Source of the DNA: Candidatus Poseidoniales archaeon
Lineage (GTDB): Archaea; Thermoplasmatota; Poseidoniia; MGIII; CG-Epi1
Assembly: GCA_045567855.1 (NCBI GenBank)
Contig: JBJLCC010000038.1
Span: 108 to 64,107, forward strand
DNA: 64,000 nt
Direction of reading: 5' to 3'
Under the pieces are notes generated by a model. It searched no databases, had not been told where the DNA came from, and was given only the letters and a program-made list of their open reading frames with translations. The translations under genes and the position numbers were made by a program. This document shows positions 45,674-58,081 of the stretch, one piece after another; positions within the stretch are counted from its first letter, which is position 1, and every line of letters starts with the position of its first letter.

Positions 45674-47218
45674 ATGGAAAAAATTCAAAGTATCTCTATA
45701 GCTCTAGCTTTTCTAGCTGTTTGTTTCAGCGGATGCCTTGATAATAATGATGAATCCGAAAAAAATACACCTCCTGAAGCTTTAATTATGATGCCAAGAC
45801 AAGCCGACACAGTGGAAGCAGGAAAGCCTTTCTCTATAGACGGGTCTGCATCTAAAGATGCTGATGGTGATGAATTACAATACAGATGGACTCTCTCTGG
45901 ATTAGGAAGTCCAATTGATTTAAGTACAAAAGTATCTGATACCGTTATTATTGATACCCCAGGAAAAGATTTAGTTCTAACATTACTTGTTCAAGATTCT
46001 GGTGGACTAACTGGACAAGACATTGTAGTAATAACTGTGGAGCCTGGCAATAGGCCACCAACTGCCACTATAACAACACCAAGTAACGGCGGAGCATATT
46101 CTGAAGGAAGTGAAATTGTATTTAATGGACTAGCAAGTAGTGATCCTGATAATGATTTCTTAACTTATACATGGGATCTTTCGGAAGCTGGTGGGCCAAG
46201 TTATACTGCATCAAAACAGAATAAATTTTCTTTAGATTTAAGCGAAGGCCAATATTCCATTAGCTTAACCGTAGAAGATCCTGACGGAGAACTTAGTACT
46301 GCTACACATTCATTTACAGTTACAAATTTGCCTCCAATTTCAAAAATTAAAAGTGATGTAGACTCAGTATTTGTTAATGAAAAAATTAAGTTTTCAGGAG
46401 AGGAGTCCTATGACCCTGAGGGTGGAGCCTTAGATTTCTTATGGAATTTCGGCGATAATAAAACATCATCTCTAAAATCTCCAGAATATAGCTGGGATTT
46501 GCCAGGGAATTTTGTTGTTTCTCTTACTGTTGAAGATGGTGAGGGTCAAGAAACTACTTCAACAAAAGATATTGAAGTCAAATCATTGGGTCCTGTTGCT
46601 AGTTTTACTTTTTCTTCAGGTGAAAAAATAAGAGCTAATAGCAATGTAACACTGGATGCAAGCGACTCATCGGCATTAGGTGCTCCAATAAAGGAATACA
46701 AATGGAATTTTGGAAATGGTGAAGAAACAACCTCTAACGAGTCTAGTACCGAATACTCATGGAGCTCAGGAGGATACTACAATGTTACTCTAATGGTTGT
46801 AGATGAGGATGGAGAAATAGGAGAAATAACCAAAAAATTACAAGTGGTTCCTGAAGACTATGCAGATGAAGGACAAGGGAATGAATTAGTTGATGGTAAT
46901 GAAGATACAGTTAGTTACAATCTACCTGTCCAAATCTTTGTATCCTCTTTACAAATTGAATTCACAGATGTTGGTTGTGTCGGATTAGGAGGAACACTGA
47001 ACTACGTTATTACATTACAAGATTCAGACGGAAGTCAAATTGCTGAGGAGAATGGTAACGTTGCCTGTGGTGAAAGTGAAAGCTGGAGTGAAACTATATC
47101 TGATGATGATAATTCAATGAGTATAGGGGATTACCAACTTGCAATAGAGCTGACTAATGGTGGAACTCCAGTTCAGGCAAACTGGAATTATCTTTTTGAA
47201 ATAACCTATAATTTTTAA
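45674..47218 (+). CDS. multi-PKD-domain lipoprotein
   Basis: 514 aa with signal peptide plus lipobox (LAFLAVCFSGCLDNN). There are at least four PKD-like repeats (SIDGSASKDADGDELQYRWTL; FNGLASSDPDNDFLTYTWDL; FSGEESYDPEGGALDFLWNFGD; LDASDSS...KEYKWNFGNG). Confidence 0.85.
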   Translation: MEKIQSISIALAFLAVCFSGCLDNNDESEKNTPPEALIMMPRQADTVEAGKPFSIDGSASKDADGDELQYRWTLSGLGSPIDLSTKVSDTVIIDTPGKDLVLTLLVQDSGGLTGQDIVVITVEPGNRPPTATITTPSNGGAYSEGSEIVFNGLASSDPDNDFLTYTWDLSEAGGPSYTASKQNKFSLDLSEGQYSISLTVEDPDGELSTATHSFTVTNLPPISKIKSDVDSVFVNEKIKFSGEESYDPEGGALDFLWNFGDNKTSSLKSPEYSWDLPGNFVVSLTVEDGEGQETTSTKDIEVKSLGPVASFTFSSGEKIRANSNVTLDASDSSALGAPIKEYKWNFGNGEETTSNESSTEYSWSSGGYYNVTLMVVDEDGEIGEITKKLQVVPEDYADEGQGNELVDGNEDTVSYNLPVQIFVSSLQIEFTDVGCVGLGGTLNYVITLQDSDGSQIAEENGNVACGESESWSETISDDDNSMSIGDYQLAIELTNGGTPVQANWNYLFEITYNF

Positions 47219-47940
47219 ATTTTTATTGAAAAAGATACCGTATTCTTCTTTCTCAAAAGTAAATCTTTAAGTCTAATTATTTTTGGATTTAATGAAGACA
47301 ATTTTGTCTTCATACCGTCTACATGGCCTTCTCCTACTATTGCTACTATTCTACTTTCATGGTTATTTCTTAATAGTTTTACTAAATTCTTTGACATATA
47401 AGTGTCTCTTCTATCTATCAAGTGAGATTTAATTACAGGATAATTAACTGAAAAATCATCCAATTCTTTAGTAAAATCTCCAGAATCCATGCTATCTCCA
47501 AAATTCATATCACTTCGGCCTATGAAAGAAAATATACTATCCTTGATTATCCTCCAGAATTCAATCCAAGGCATATTCCTCCATGCATCCATTATTGTAG
47601 GTAATATTGGCCGATCTATCAATTTGATATCTGAACCTAACAATCTTGCAATATTTCCTGCAACCAACATTTCAGAACCTGGAGAACTACCGAAAGACTC
47701 GCCCAAATGCTTTTGAATACGTGATAAAAATCTTAGAATAATAGGGCCTTCTGAACTCTGAGATTTAGTTTGCAAAGCAAGCCATCTGTCTCTGTCTAAT
47801 TCTAAGGCAACGCAAGTAGGGTCAAAATCTCTTATAAATCCTTCAAGAGGCACTGATAAATCTATTACATGAGCTGTTCCGATTATCATCAATGAGGGCA
47901 TAATTACTATGATTAGGGCAGTATACATATTAAATAACAA
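47215..47940 (-). CDS. TraB/PrgY-family protein
   Basis: 241 aa. IIGTAHVIDLSV...FDPTCVALELDRDRW and IVAIVGEGHVDGM match the TraB family motifs (GTAHVS...VELC..R; GAGHV.G). The true start may be an internal Met. Confidence 0.75.
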   Translation of the reverse strand: MLFNMYTALIIVIMPSLMIIGTAHVIDLSVPLEGFIRDFDPTCVALELDRDRWLALQTKSQSSEGPIILRFLSRIQKHLGESFGSSPGSEMLVAGNIARLLGSDIKLIDRPILPTIMDAWRNMPWIEFWRIIKDSIFSFIGRSDMNFGDSMDSGDFTKELDDFSVNYPVIKSHLIDRRDTYMSKNLVKLLRNNHESRIVAIVGEGHVDGMKTKLSSLNPKIIRLKDLLLRKKNTVSFSIKI

Positions 47941-47956
47941 TGCTCGCTGATAAACT

Positions 47957-48157
47957 ATGTTCAGTTCAAAAGAAGACCCTGATGCACCGTCAAAATGTCC
48001 CTATTGTAACAAGGATATTGGTGTAGATGGAAACACATACCGATTCCAAGTAGTAGATTTTACTGCCGAAACTTCTGGTAATCAGAGAACTGCTGGAAGA
48101 GTTATTGCAGTATCTTGTTCAAATTGTAAGAAAGTCCTAGGGTTTGTAAATCAATAG
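47957..48157 (+). CDS. small zinc-ribbon protein
   Basis: 66 aa with CPYC...(38)...CSNC. No family recognised. Confidence 0.45.
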   Translation: MFSSKEDPDAPSKCPYCNKDIGVDGNTYRFQVVDFTAETSGNQRTAGRVIAVSCSNCKKVLGFVNQ

Positions 48158-48159
48158 AC

Positions 48160-49071
48160 TTATTTCAAAAAAATAATTAAAAACATTAGCGTTGCAACGG
48201 CCTCAAAAGTTGCTAAGATTATGGAACCTTTTGCAACTGTGTGATACGTAGGTTGCGAGGTAATTGGCAAATAGACATAATGAACTATTATTTCTAAAAT
48301 CAAGAGCCATCCCGTCCAAATGAATAATTCATAATTCCAAGGGAAAATTTCAAAATAACCTGAAAACAATAAAAGTAAGACTCCACATATTGTAAAAAAC
48401 CAAGATAATTTCATAGTAAACTCAGCCCCAAATCTTGTTGCGAAAGTCTCTACTCCAAAACTTCTGTCAAACTCAACATCAATAGCCATAGTTGGGCTGT
48501 AAAGTGCCAATAGATAACAGACTGTTGATAAGAAAAACAGCCTTGGAAATTCAACAAGAGGCTGTTCTATTGACCATGCCGCCAAAGGAATCAGAAAACC
48601 TAAGCTTATTCCATTACTCAATAAATCTAAACCTGGCCGTGACTTAAATCTAAATGGCTCCATATTGTATACAAAAGATATCACTGTCAAACCCAAAATG
48701 CAATACACGAACTCAAAATTAAACTTTAATGATAATACTATACAAGATACTTGTAAAATCCAAAATAAAATCCAAGAAGTTCTCAAGCCGATAGAACCTC
48801 GAACAAGTAAGCTAAATTCTTTTCGAGGATTTTTCTTATCTAGATCAATATCACAAATATGATTCAAAACAAAAGTGGAAGAAGTAAGTAGAGCTATGAT
48901 AAGAAATCCATAAAATAGATCAAAACTATATAATTCTCTAGAAGAAATTACATAACCAATGAAAAAGGGAGTGAAGCCAACCATCCAAAATTCAAACCCG
49001 ATAAATCTTAGCCAAGTAAGTCTTGTAAATATCTTATTATTGATTAGACGTTCAAAAGTTAAATTTGTCAT
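48160..49071 (-). CDS. UbiA-family prenyltransferase (integral membrane)
   Basis: 303 aa with about 8 TM helices and the first Asp-rich motif NHICDIDLDKKNPRK (NxxxDxxxD). Substrate is not assignable by eye. Confidence 0.8.
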   Translation of the reverse strand: MTNLTFERLINNKIFTRLTWLRFIGFEFWMVGFTPFFIGYVISSRELYSFDLFYGFLIIALLTSSTFVLNHICDIDLDKKNPRKEFSLLVRGSIGLRTSWILFWILQVSCIVLSLKFNFEFVYCILGLTVISFVYNMEPFRFKSRPGLDLLSNGISLGFLIPLAAWSIEQPLVEFPRLFFLSTVCYLLALYSPTMAIDVEFDRSFGVETFATRFGAEFTMKLSWFFTICGVLLLLFSGYFEIFPWNYELFIWTGWLLILEIIVHYVYLPITSQPTYHTVAKGSIILATFEAVATLMFLIIFLK

Positions 49072-49128
49072 TTTTGTATATTTGTGCTAGGAGCCCAACC
49101 TTAATATCTTTAGGCTGCATAATAAGAT

Positions 49129-52158
<3,030 letters not shown>

Positions 52159-52195
52159 TTAAGTGTACCTCACAAATACTCAAGATATTCGCAAT

Positions 52196-52759
52196 TTATA
52201 GCGTTTTTCGACCCGGACGCCAACCTGCGGGACAGGACTTCCCAGATTGCAGTGCTTGTAACGTTCTTACTGTTTCATCAACACTGCGTCCAATCCAAGT
52301 GGGATTTACAGCCATTGACATCAAAATTCCTTCATCGTTGATTATGAAAGTGCCCCTTAATGCCTGGCCTAAAGAACGCTGGAGAACCCCATATGAAGTA
52401 GAAATTCTAAGAGAGGGATCTGCCATTAAAGGATATGATAATTTATCAATCCCTCCTTTTGTTCGTGGCTTTTCCATCCAAGCCTTGTGTGAGTTCTTTG
52501 AATCTGTAGAACATCCAATTAAAACGCAATTAGCCCTTTCAAAATCCTTTATCCTACGATTAAATGAGTGAATTTCAGTAGGACATAAATCAGAAAAATC
52601 TCTTGCATAGAAAAAAATAACTGCCCACTTTTTTTCATCAATTATTTTATTTAGAGACATTTTATCAAAAAATATTTGTTTTTTACGAGAGTCGAATCTT
52701 ACTACATCAGCTTCAAAGAGTGGAGCTGGTTTACCTAATCTGGGGAATGAATTTGACAA
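52196..52759 (-). CDS. typical 2-Cys peroxiredoxin (AhpC/Prx1 type)
   Basis: 187 aa with a TTG start. LGKPAPLFEA is present, as are the peroxidatic Cys in DFSDLCPTE and a resolving-Cys context, SCPAGWRPG. Confidence 0.88.
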   Translation of the reverse strand: MSNSFPRLGKPAPLFEADVVRFDSRKKQIFFDKMSLNKIIDEKKWAVIFFYARDFSDLCPTEIHSFNRRIKDFERANCVLIGCSTDSKNSHKAWMEKPRTKGGIDKLSYPLMADPSLRISTSYGVLQRSLGQALRGTFIINDEGILMSMAVNPTWIGRSVDETVRTLQALQSGKSCPAGWRPGRKTL

Positions 52760-52855
52760 AATATAACCTTATCAAAAGCATTTGGACAAAATGTATAAAG
52801 TTATGCCCAAAAATAAGAACCTAAAGTTCCAAATTTGATCAATTATCAGAAAAAA

Positions 52856-53917
52856 TTAATCAAAAAATGATTTTATTGAGGAAATTACTTCAAAAACATC
52901 TGAATCTGAAAGAGCTGGATGTACTGGTAAACTCAAAACTTCTTTAACCAAAATTTCCGCATTAGGGCAACTTGATTGGTACTCTTTCATGGAAGAGTAA
53001 GTATACAATAAGCTAGGATAATATATTCCCGTATTTATCTTTCTTTCCAGTAAAAATTCTCTTAACTCATCCCTCTTGTCAGAGCGAATAGTATATTGAT
53101 GAAAAACATGTCCTCTTCTATTTTTTGGAGTAATCACTAAGTCTGAAAGTTCAGAATTATATCTTTCGGCTATTTCTCTGCGCCTAGCATTAAAATTTGG
53201 TAACTTTTTAAGTTGCTCACGTCCGATAGCTGCTGAGATATCAGTCATTCGATAGTTGTAACCAAACTCAGTGTGCTGATATTGTGCAGACATACCGTGT
53301 GCACGAATTATTTTACATTTATTAGCAAAATCTTCATCATTTGTTGTTATGATTCCGCCTTCTGAGGTAGTCATATTTTTTGTTGGATAAAAACTAAACC
53401 AACCGGCTTTCCCAAAGCTACCGGCATTTCCATCCCAATAATTTGCGCAATGAGCCTGAGCGGAATCTTCAATTAAAAGCAAATTATTTCTTTCAGTAAT
53501 CTCCATAAATGAAGGCATATCTGCCAACTCTCCGTAAAGGTGAACAGGATGAATAGCTTTTGTTTTATCTGTAATTGCAGCTTCTACTTTACTAGGATCT
53601 AGACAAAAACCGTCTTCTTCAACATCTACAAAAACTGGTTTAGCCCCAGCCATTATTACTACTGAGGCCGTGGCAAAAAAGGTAAAAGGAGTTGTGATAA
53701 CTTCATCGCCAGGACCTATGCCGCTTGCTAACATAACTAGATGGCCAGCTGTTGTTCCGTTGCATGCTGCTACTGCATGTTTGACTCCACAAAGCTTTGC
53801 AAATTCTTTCTCAAATTTGGCTACTTCCGGACCTTGTGCAATAATACCTGAACGTAAAACTCTATCCACTGCCTCTCTTTCTTCTTTACCTATCTGTGGA
53901 CTAGCTATCTGAATCAT
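52856..53917 (-). CDS. DegT/DnrJ/EryC1/StrS-family sugar aminotransferase
   Basis: 353 aa. ASPQIGKEEREAV, FEKEFAKLCGVKHAVAACNGTTAGHL, EDSAQAH and FSFYPTKNMTTSEGG (the PLP lysine in PTK) are present. Confidence 0.9.
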   Translation of the reverse strand: MIQIASPQIGKEEREAVDRVLRSGIIAQGPEVAKFEKEFAKLCGVKHAVAACNGTTAGHLVMLASGIGPGDEVITTPFTFFATASVVIMAGAKPVFVDVEEDGFCLDPSKVEAAITDKTKAIHPVHLYGELADMPSFMEITERNNLLLIEDSAQAHCANYWDGNAGSFGKAGWFSFYPTKNMTTSEGGIITTNDEDFANKCKIIRAHGMSAQYQHTEFGYNYRMTDISAAIGREQLKKLPNFNARRREIAERYNSELSDLVITPKNRRGHVFHQYTIRSDKRDELREFLLERKINTGIYYPSLLYTYSSMKEYQSSCPNAEILVKEVLSLPVHPALSDSDVFEVISSIKSFFD

Positions 53918-53974
53918 ATCTACTTAGTCACAAGTAGGTATTAAAAGCAAGACCCGATGATGATGTGAGATTAT

Positions 53975-54592
53975 ATGTTTGAAAGTACAAATTGGAAAGC
54001 TGTGAGCGCTGAAGTGATGGGAACTTTTTTCTTAGTTTTTTTTGGAGTTTCATCTTTAACAAATAATGCAGGAGTTGTCAGCGAAGGCGATGGAACATTG
54101 CACATTTTAATTGGATTAACTACTCTTACTTTAACCCTTTTTGTTCTTGTGCACATTCTTGGACCTGTATCTGGATGTCACCTTAATCCAGTAATAACTA
54201 TTCCCACTTATCTTTCAGATAAAATGGATAGAGACACTACTGTTGCTTACATTGGAGGCCAGATTGTTGGCGCATGTCTTGGATTTTATTTGTTTGATTT
54301 AATTAATCCTGGAACAAGTGATTCGGTTCTAGATGGAGATTCAGCATTATTACTGGCTGCAATGGTTGGAACAACATTCTTTGTAACTTCTCTGTTAACT
54401 TCACAGGATCCAGGCTCAATAGCTGCAACGCTGTTCATTGTTTCAAGTACTGCATTTGGTGATGTTAATCCTGGTGTTTCACTAGGTAATATGATTGCTA
54501 CTGATGTAGAATTCATGTTCTTCGGAATTGTAGGATCTTTGATTGGATGTGTTATTGGCTGGGGAATTAAAGAAAATATTATTGATCAGTAA
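53975..54592 (+). CDS. MIP-family channel (aquaporin-like) with non-canonical NPA boxes
   Basis: 205 aa with six hydrophobic helices. The first box is SGCHLNPVITI (NPV) and the second is GDVNPGVSLG (NPG, with no Arg after it). Confidence 0.75.
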   Translation: MFESTNWKAVSAEVMGTFFLVFFGVSSLTNNAGVVSEGDGTLHILIGLTTLTLTLFVLVHILGPVSGCHLNPVITIPTYLSDKMDRDTTVAYIGGQIVGACLGFYLFDLINPGTSDSVLDGDSALLLAAMVGTTFFVTSLLTSQDPGSIAATLFIVSSTAFGDVNPGVSLGNMIATDVEFMFFGIVGSLIGCVIGWGIKENIIDQ

Positions 54593-55003
54593 TTACATCA
54601 GCTGTGTAACTTCTTCTACTGAACGAAGTTCTTGGAAATAAATTTGTTCTATAGAATCGTACATTTCTTCATCGTCTTTAATCAAAGCAAGTACTTGTTC
54701 ATATCCTTCAGCAGCTTTTTGCTCCGTTTTTAGGGATTCTTCAAGCATCACCAGGTAATCTGTTGTGTGGACTATCTCTGTTGGATCCCTGTCTGTAACT
54801 GCAGTACCTCCGAGCTTAACAATTGCAGATCTAACCATCTCAGCATGAGTATGAGATTCGGTAGCTTCTTCATCAAAGAAAGGCTTGAGATGTAGTCTGT
54901 GAATTCCCTTGACATACGCGGAATAATGCGAATAAAGGGCTGCTGCACGTAATTCCCAGCCTAGCCCACCGTTCAATTTTTCTATTAAGTCAGTGCGTGA
55001 CAT
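54593..55003 (-). CDS. ferritin-like / Dps-like di-iron protein
   Basis: I place the start at the internal Met (MSRTDLIEKLNGGLGWELRAAALYSHY...). EEATESHTHAEMVRSAIVKLGG (the ExxH motif) and LEESLKTEQKAAEGY are typical of the ferritin-like superfamily. Confidence 0.7.
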   Translation of the reverse strand: MSRTDLIEKLNGGLGWELRAAALYSHYSAYVKGIHRLHLKPFFDEEATESHTHAEMVRSAIVKLGGTAVTDRDPTEIVHTTDYLVMLEESLKTEQKAAEGYEQVLALIKDDEEMYDSIEQIYFQELRSVEEVTQLM

Positions 55004-55061
55004 ATGCTGATAATAATAGTTGGGATAAAATAACTTAGCCAATATCCAAATAGAACATACT

Positions 55062-55523
55062 TCAGCGTGGTTGGACTGGTAAAATAGCAGTTCGTGTCAT
55101 AATTATCTTTTGCTTGACATGATCATCAAGACTAATATCAATATCCTTGGCTAAATTAGAAAAATCATAATTTTTAATTGAAATAACTGAATCGTCTTCG
55201 GTAATAATTTCTGATAACTCTGGAGAAGAATCACCGAAGTAGACCCACCCTACTGCTTCTGTATCCTTATTAATTCCAGCTAATTTTAATGCTTTTGATA
55301 TTTGTCTCAATGAAGTCAAATATAGTAAAACTTCTGTAGATTTATCTTTTGATAGATTAAAACCATTATTGTGAGATGATAGAGAAAGAGTTGCTGCTTG
55401 ATGCAAATGTTCAATTCCGCAAACACTTTTTGAGTCTACAAGGGTTAAATTTGAATTTACAAAAGATAAAATTTTATCTAAATCACTCGTCATCAAACGA
55501 CCGCAACCTACTACTAATTTCAC
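55062..55523 (-). CDS. cgi121: KEOPS complex subunit Cgi121
   Basis: 153 aa. EHLHQAATLSLSSHNNGFNLSKDKSTEVLLYLTSLRQISKALKLAGI parallels the Cgi121 core (HL..A...A.raf..g.nia.....EiLLY.sG.RQI..Ai...G). Confidence 0.7.
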   Translation of the reverse strand: MKLVVGCGRLMTSDLDKILSFVNSNLTLVDSKSVCGIEHLHQAATLSLSSHNNGFNLSKDKSTEVLLYLTSLRQISKALKLAGINKDTEAVGWVYFGDSSPELSEIITEDDSVISIKNYDFSNLAKDIDISLDDHVKQKIIMTRTAILPVQPR

Positions 55524-55585
55524 AATGTCTAATCGACAGAGGAGATTATATAATAGGTAGCGTGGTCTGAAACATAGAGTTTAGT

Positions 55586-56290
55586 ATGAGCGCTGAGTTA
55601 GAAGAACAAATTGCACAGCTTGAAAACAGCTTAGGTCAGGAACAGCAGAGACTTGAAAAGTTATGGGATGCTTACGAACAACAGGAAAAAGATTTGAATG
55701 CATCTTTGGACAGAATTAATTACTTAGAATCGGATATTGAAACCAGGCAAACAATGATAACTTCTTTACAAGAATTACTTACTGAGAGAGATGCAAAGCT
55801 TCGTGACCTTGAAATTCAAAGGCAAAGGCAAAGTAAAATTGCTGCTGAATATGAACCTAAGATTAAAGAAATGCAAGGAATTATAGAAGATCAAACTGAG
55901 AAATATGAACGATTATTATCAATTACTCAGGAAATGGAAGATGAACTTGATTTGGCAAGACAATCTTTGCATGCAAGAGATGGTTGGTTTAACGCCAATA
56001 TTAGTAGTTTAGAATCTGTTTCTGAAATTATTAAAGAATGGAGGAACATACAAGGTGGAAAATTTCCGGAAGTTAAAGAATCAAGTGGACCTGGCGGCGG
56101 AAAAAGTGCATTCGTCTCCTCTGTTGCAAAAATAAAAGGTTTAGGTGCTGTAAAAGCTGAAAACTTATATGATGCTGGATTCCACACTGTTGATGATTTG
56201 AAAAGTGCTTCCACAGAAGATATTGCAGGCGTAGTTGGCTTCACAAATCTGAGTGCAAGCAAAGTTGTAAAAGGCGCTAAAGAACTTTAG
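55586..56290 (+). CDS. coiled-coil protein with a C-terminal helix-hairpin-helix DNA-binding module
   Basis: 234 aa. Residues 1-140 or so are heptad-rich (EEQIAQLENSLGQEQQRLEKLWDAYEQQEKDL...). The C-terminus IKGLGAVKAENLYDAGFHTVDDLKSASTEDIAGVVGF is HhH-like. No family recognised. Confidence 0.55.
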   Translation: MSAELEEQIAQLENSLGQEQQRLEKLWDAYEQQEKDLNASLDRINYLESDIETRQTMITSLQELLTERDAKLRDLEIQRQRQSKIAAEYEPKIKEMQGIIEDQTEKYERLLSITQEMEDELDLARQSLHARDGWFNANISSLESVSEIIKEWRNIQGGKFPEVKESSGPGGGKSAFVSSVAKIKGLGAVKAENLYDAGFHTVDDLKSASTEDIAGVVGFTNLSASKVVKGAKEL

Positions 56291-56823
56291 ATTAATAAAA
56301 AATTAGTTACTATTTCCTGATTTCTTACCTCTGGATGAAAAGAAACGCCAAAAGCATTAATCTCTTTGTGAGATATCATTTGTATTGTTTTTTCACTTTT
56401 AGCTAAAACATTGAAAGAAGTAACTTCATCTACCGAAAAATTATGCATATTATATGCTTGAAAATTTCCACTTGCTAAGGGATTCTGAATCTGTATATCA
56501 ACATTTATCATGCCTATTTCTTCTTGAACTATAATTTTCTCATCAAACATACTGCATATTATTTGGAAGCCTGAACATATTCCTAATATCCCTTTACCGT
56601 GATTTTTCAATTTATTAAAATCGAATAAGTAGTTCAAATAATCATTATCTTGTAGAGATGTTCCGCAAATTATTACCTTATCATATATCTGAAAATTAAA
56701 AGTTTCTAAGTTTCTATAATTTATTACATCATAATCATAAGATTTAATTATTTCAATAATTGGGTTTACAAATTCATATTCACTCAATTTTTCTTTACAA
56801 GTTGATATTAACAAAATTTTCAT
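56287..56823 (-). CDS. class I glutamine amidotransferase (stand-alone, 178 aa)
   Basis: The nucleophile elbow is GILGICSGFQII and the catalytic His/Glu is in GVSFHPEV. Its ATG overlaps the dph6 stop (ATGA). It is extremely AT-rich. Confidence 0.8.
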   Translation of the reverse strand: MKILLISTCKEKLSEYEFVNPIIEIIKSYDYDVINYRNLETFNFQIYDKVIICGTSLQDNDYLNYLFDFNKLKNHGKGILGICSGFQIICSMFDEKIIVQEEIGMINVDIQIQNPLASGNFQAYNMHNFSVDEVTSFNVLAKSEKTIQMISHKEINAFGVSFHPEVRNQEIVTNFLLI

Positions 56824-57494
56824 TTGAGTTTAGCCTCCTTTATTTCTAGACGACCTGAAAAATTAGAATAGTGTATTTTTGAAGATAGTACCTCTAACCT
56901 TTTTGAAAACATAGGTGCGTTAATTACTAAAGATTCAAATTCTCCTCCTTCGCCAGCAGGATTAATTCTATACTTTTTTGAGTATAATAATAATTCATTA
57001 ATTGTAGAGGAATTAATCTCTTTTCCCAACCAGGATTCATCAAATGGTTCTGCTGCGATTCCGGTAATAATAGAAGTAACATTGTAAGTTTGAAGTTTCT
57101 CTAATAATTTTTCTTGAGACAATTGCCAAATTGGATTAAAGCACCATAAATTCAATTTATTACAAATATTTTGTATTCTCGTTGATTGGTATGTTGATGC
57201 TAAGGCTCCTGTAACTATTCCTTGAATTGAGTATTCTTTTTTTGCTTTTTTGATTAAAGTAAATAAATCATCCAATTCATCATCTTGAATCCCCGCAGTT
57301 TCCTGAATAACTTGTGGAATGCCTAGAGATTCCGCTTGTAATTTTGTCCATGTAATTGCTGGAGTATGGAACATCCAGCTGTCTTGGTTAGAAGATTTAA
57401 TTGTCAGCAAACATGATATTTCGTGATCTTCTGAAGCTAAATGCATTGCAATATACGAATCCTTACCTCCTGAGAAAAGTATTCCTAATTTCAT
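56820..57494 (-). CDS. dph6: diphthine--ammonia ligase (Dph6 / MJ0570-type PP-loop ATPase)
   Basis: 224 aa. MKLGILFSGGKDSYIAMHLA (PP-loop SGGKDS), GIVTGALASTYQSTRIQNIC and NPAGEGGEFESLVINAPMF match the DUF71/Dph6 family. Confidence 0.85.
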   Translation of the reverse strand: MKLGILFSGGKDSYIAMHLASEDHEISCLLTIKSSNQDSWMFHTPAITWTKLQAESLGIPQVIQETAGIQDDELDDLFTLIKKAKKEYSIQGIVTGALASTYQSTRIQNICNKLNLWCFNPIWQLSQEKLLEKLQTYNVTSIITGIAAEPFDESWLGKEINSSTINELLLYSKKYRINPAGEGGEFESLVINAPMFSKRLEVLSSKIHYSNFSGRLEIKEAKLK

Positions 57495-58081
57495 CGACGT
57501 TTCCGCTTAGCTATCAGATATACTTCGCTTGATTGCTTACGAGAGGCCTCAGGAGATAAAGTTCTTACTGAACCAAATTCATCGATTACTGCTTTTCTAT
57601 ACTCTTGAAAATCAGCTCCTTCAAACACCTTCACAACAAATGCTGAAGCTTTCCTTTCAGCTGCAATCTCTAAAGCTAAAGAAGATAACTCAACCGAACG
57701 TGCTTGATCTACCGAATAATTTCCTGATAAATTAGGGCTCATATCTGATATCACTACATCGGCCTTGGGCATTAATTCCTGTAATTGCTCTCTTGTCTCT
57801 GATTCACGTAAGTCTCCCTGAATGAAAAGGGCGCCTGTCAACGGTAATATGTGTTGTAAATCTACTCCAACAAGTTTTCCTTCTTCACCTATAAATTCTA
57901 ATGCAACCTGAGACCAGCCACCCGGTGCTGCACCCAAGTCCAACACCTTGTCTCCAGTTTTGAATATTTTACTTCTTTTTTGTATATCTTTTAATTTGTA
58001 CGTTGACCGAGCTCGGTAACCTTCACGTCGAGCTTTTCTTTGAAATGCATCACTACGGCCTTGACGACCTTGGCCTGGCAT
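57491..58081 (-). CDS. rlmE: 23S rRNA (uridine-2'-O)-methyltransferase RlmE/FtsJ
   Basis: 196 aa. YRARSTYKLKDIQKRSKIFKTGDKVLDLGAAPGGWSQVA, VISDMSPNLSG and FVVKVFEG are present. Confidence 0.9.
   Translation of the reverse strand: MPGQGRQGRSDAFQRKARREGYRARSTYKLKDIQKRSKIFKTGDKVLDLGAAPGGWSQVALEFIGEEGKLVGVDLQHILPLTGALFIQGDLRESETREQLQELMPKADVVISDMSPNLSGNYSVDQARSVELSSLALEIAAERKASAFVVKVFEGADFQEYRKAVIDEFGSVRTLSPEASRKQSSEVYLIAKRKRR

Noticed and set aside
53957-54012. AUGAUGA (C-box-like) at 53957-53963 followed by CUGA about 46 nt downstream, as a possible C/D box sRNA given the fibrillarin-like gene in the window
   Set aside because: No D' / C' boxes occur at the expected 12-nt spacing. The element overlaps the start of the MIP-channel CDS. 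The motifs are short enough to occur by chance.
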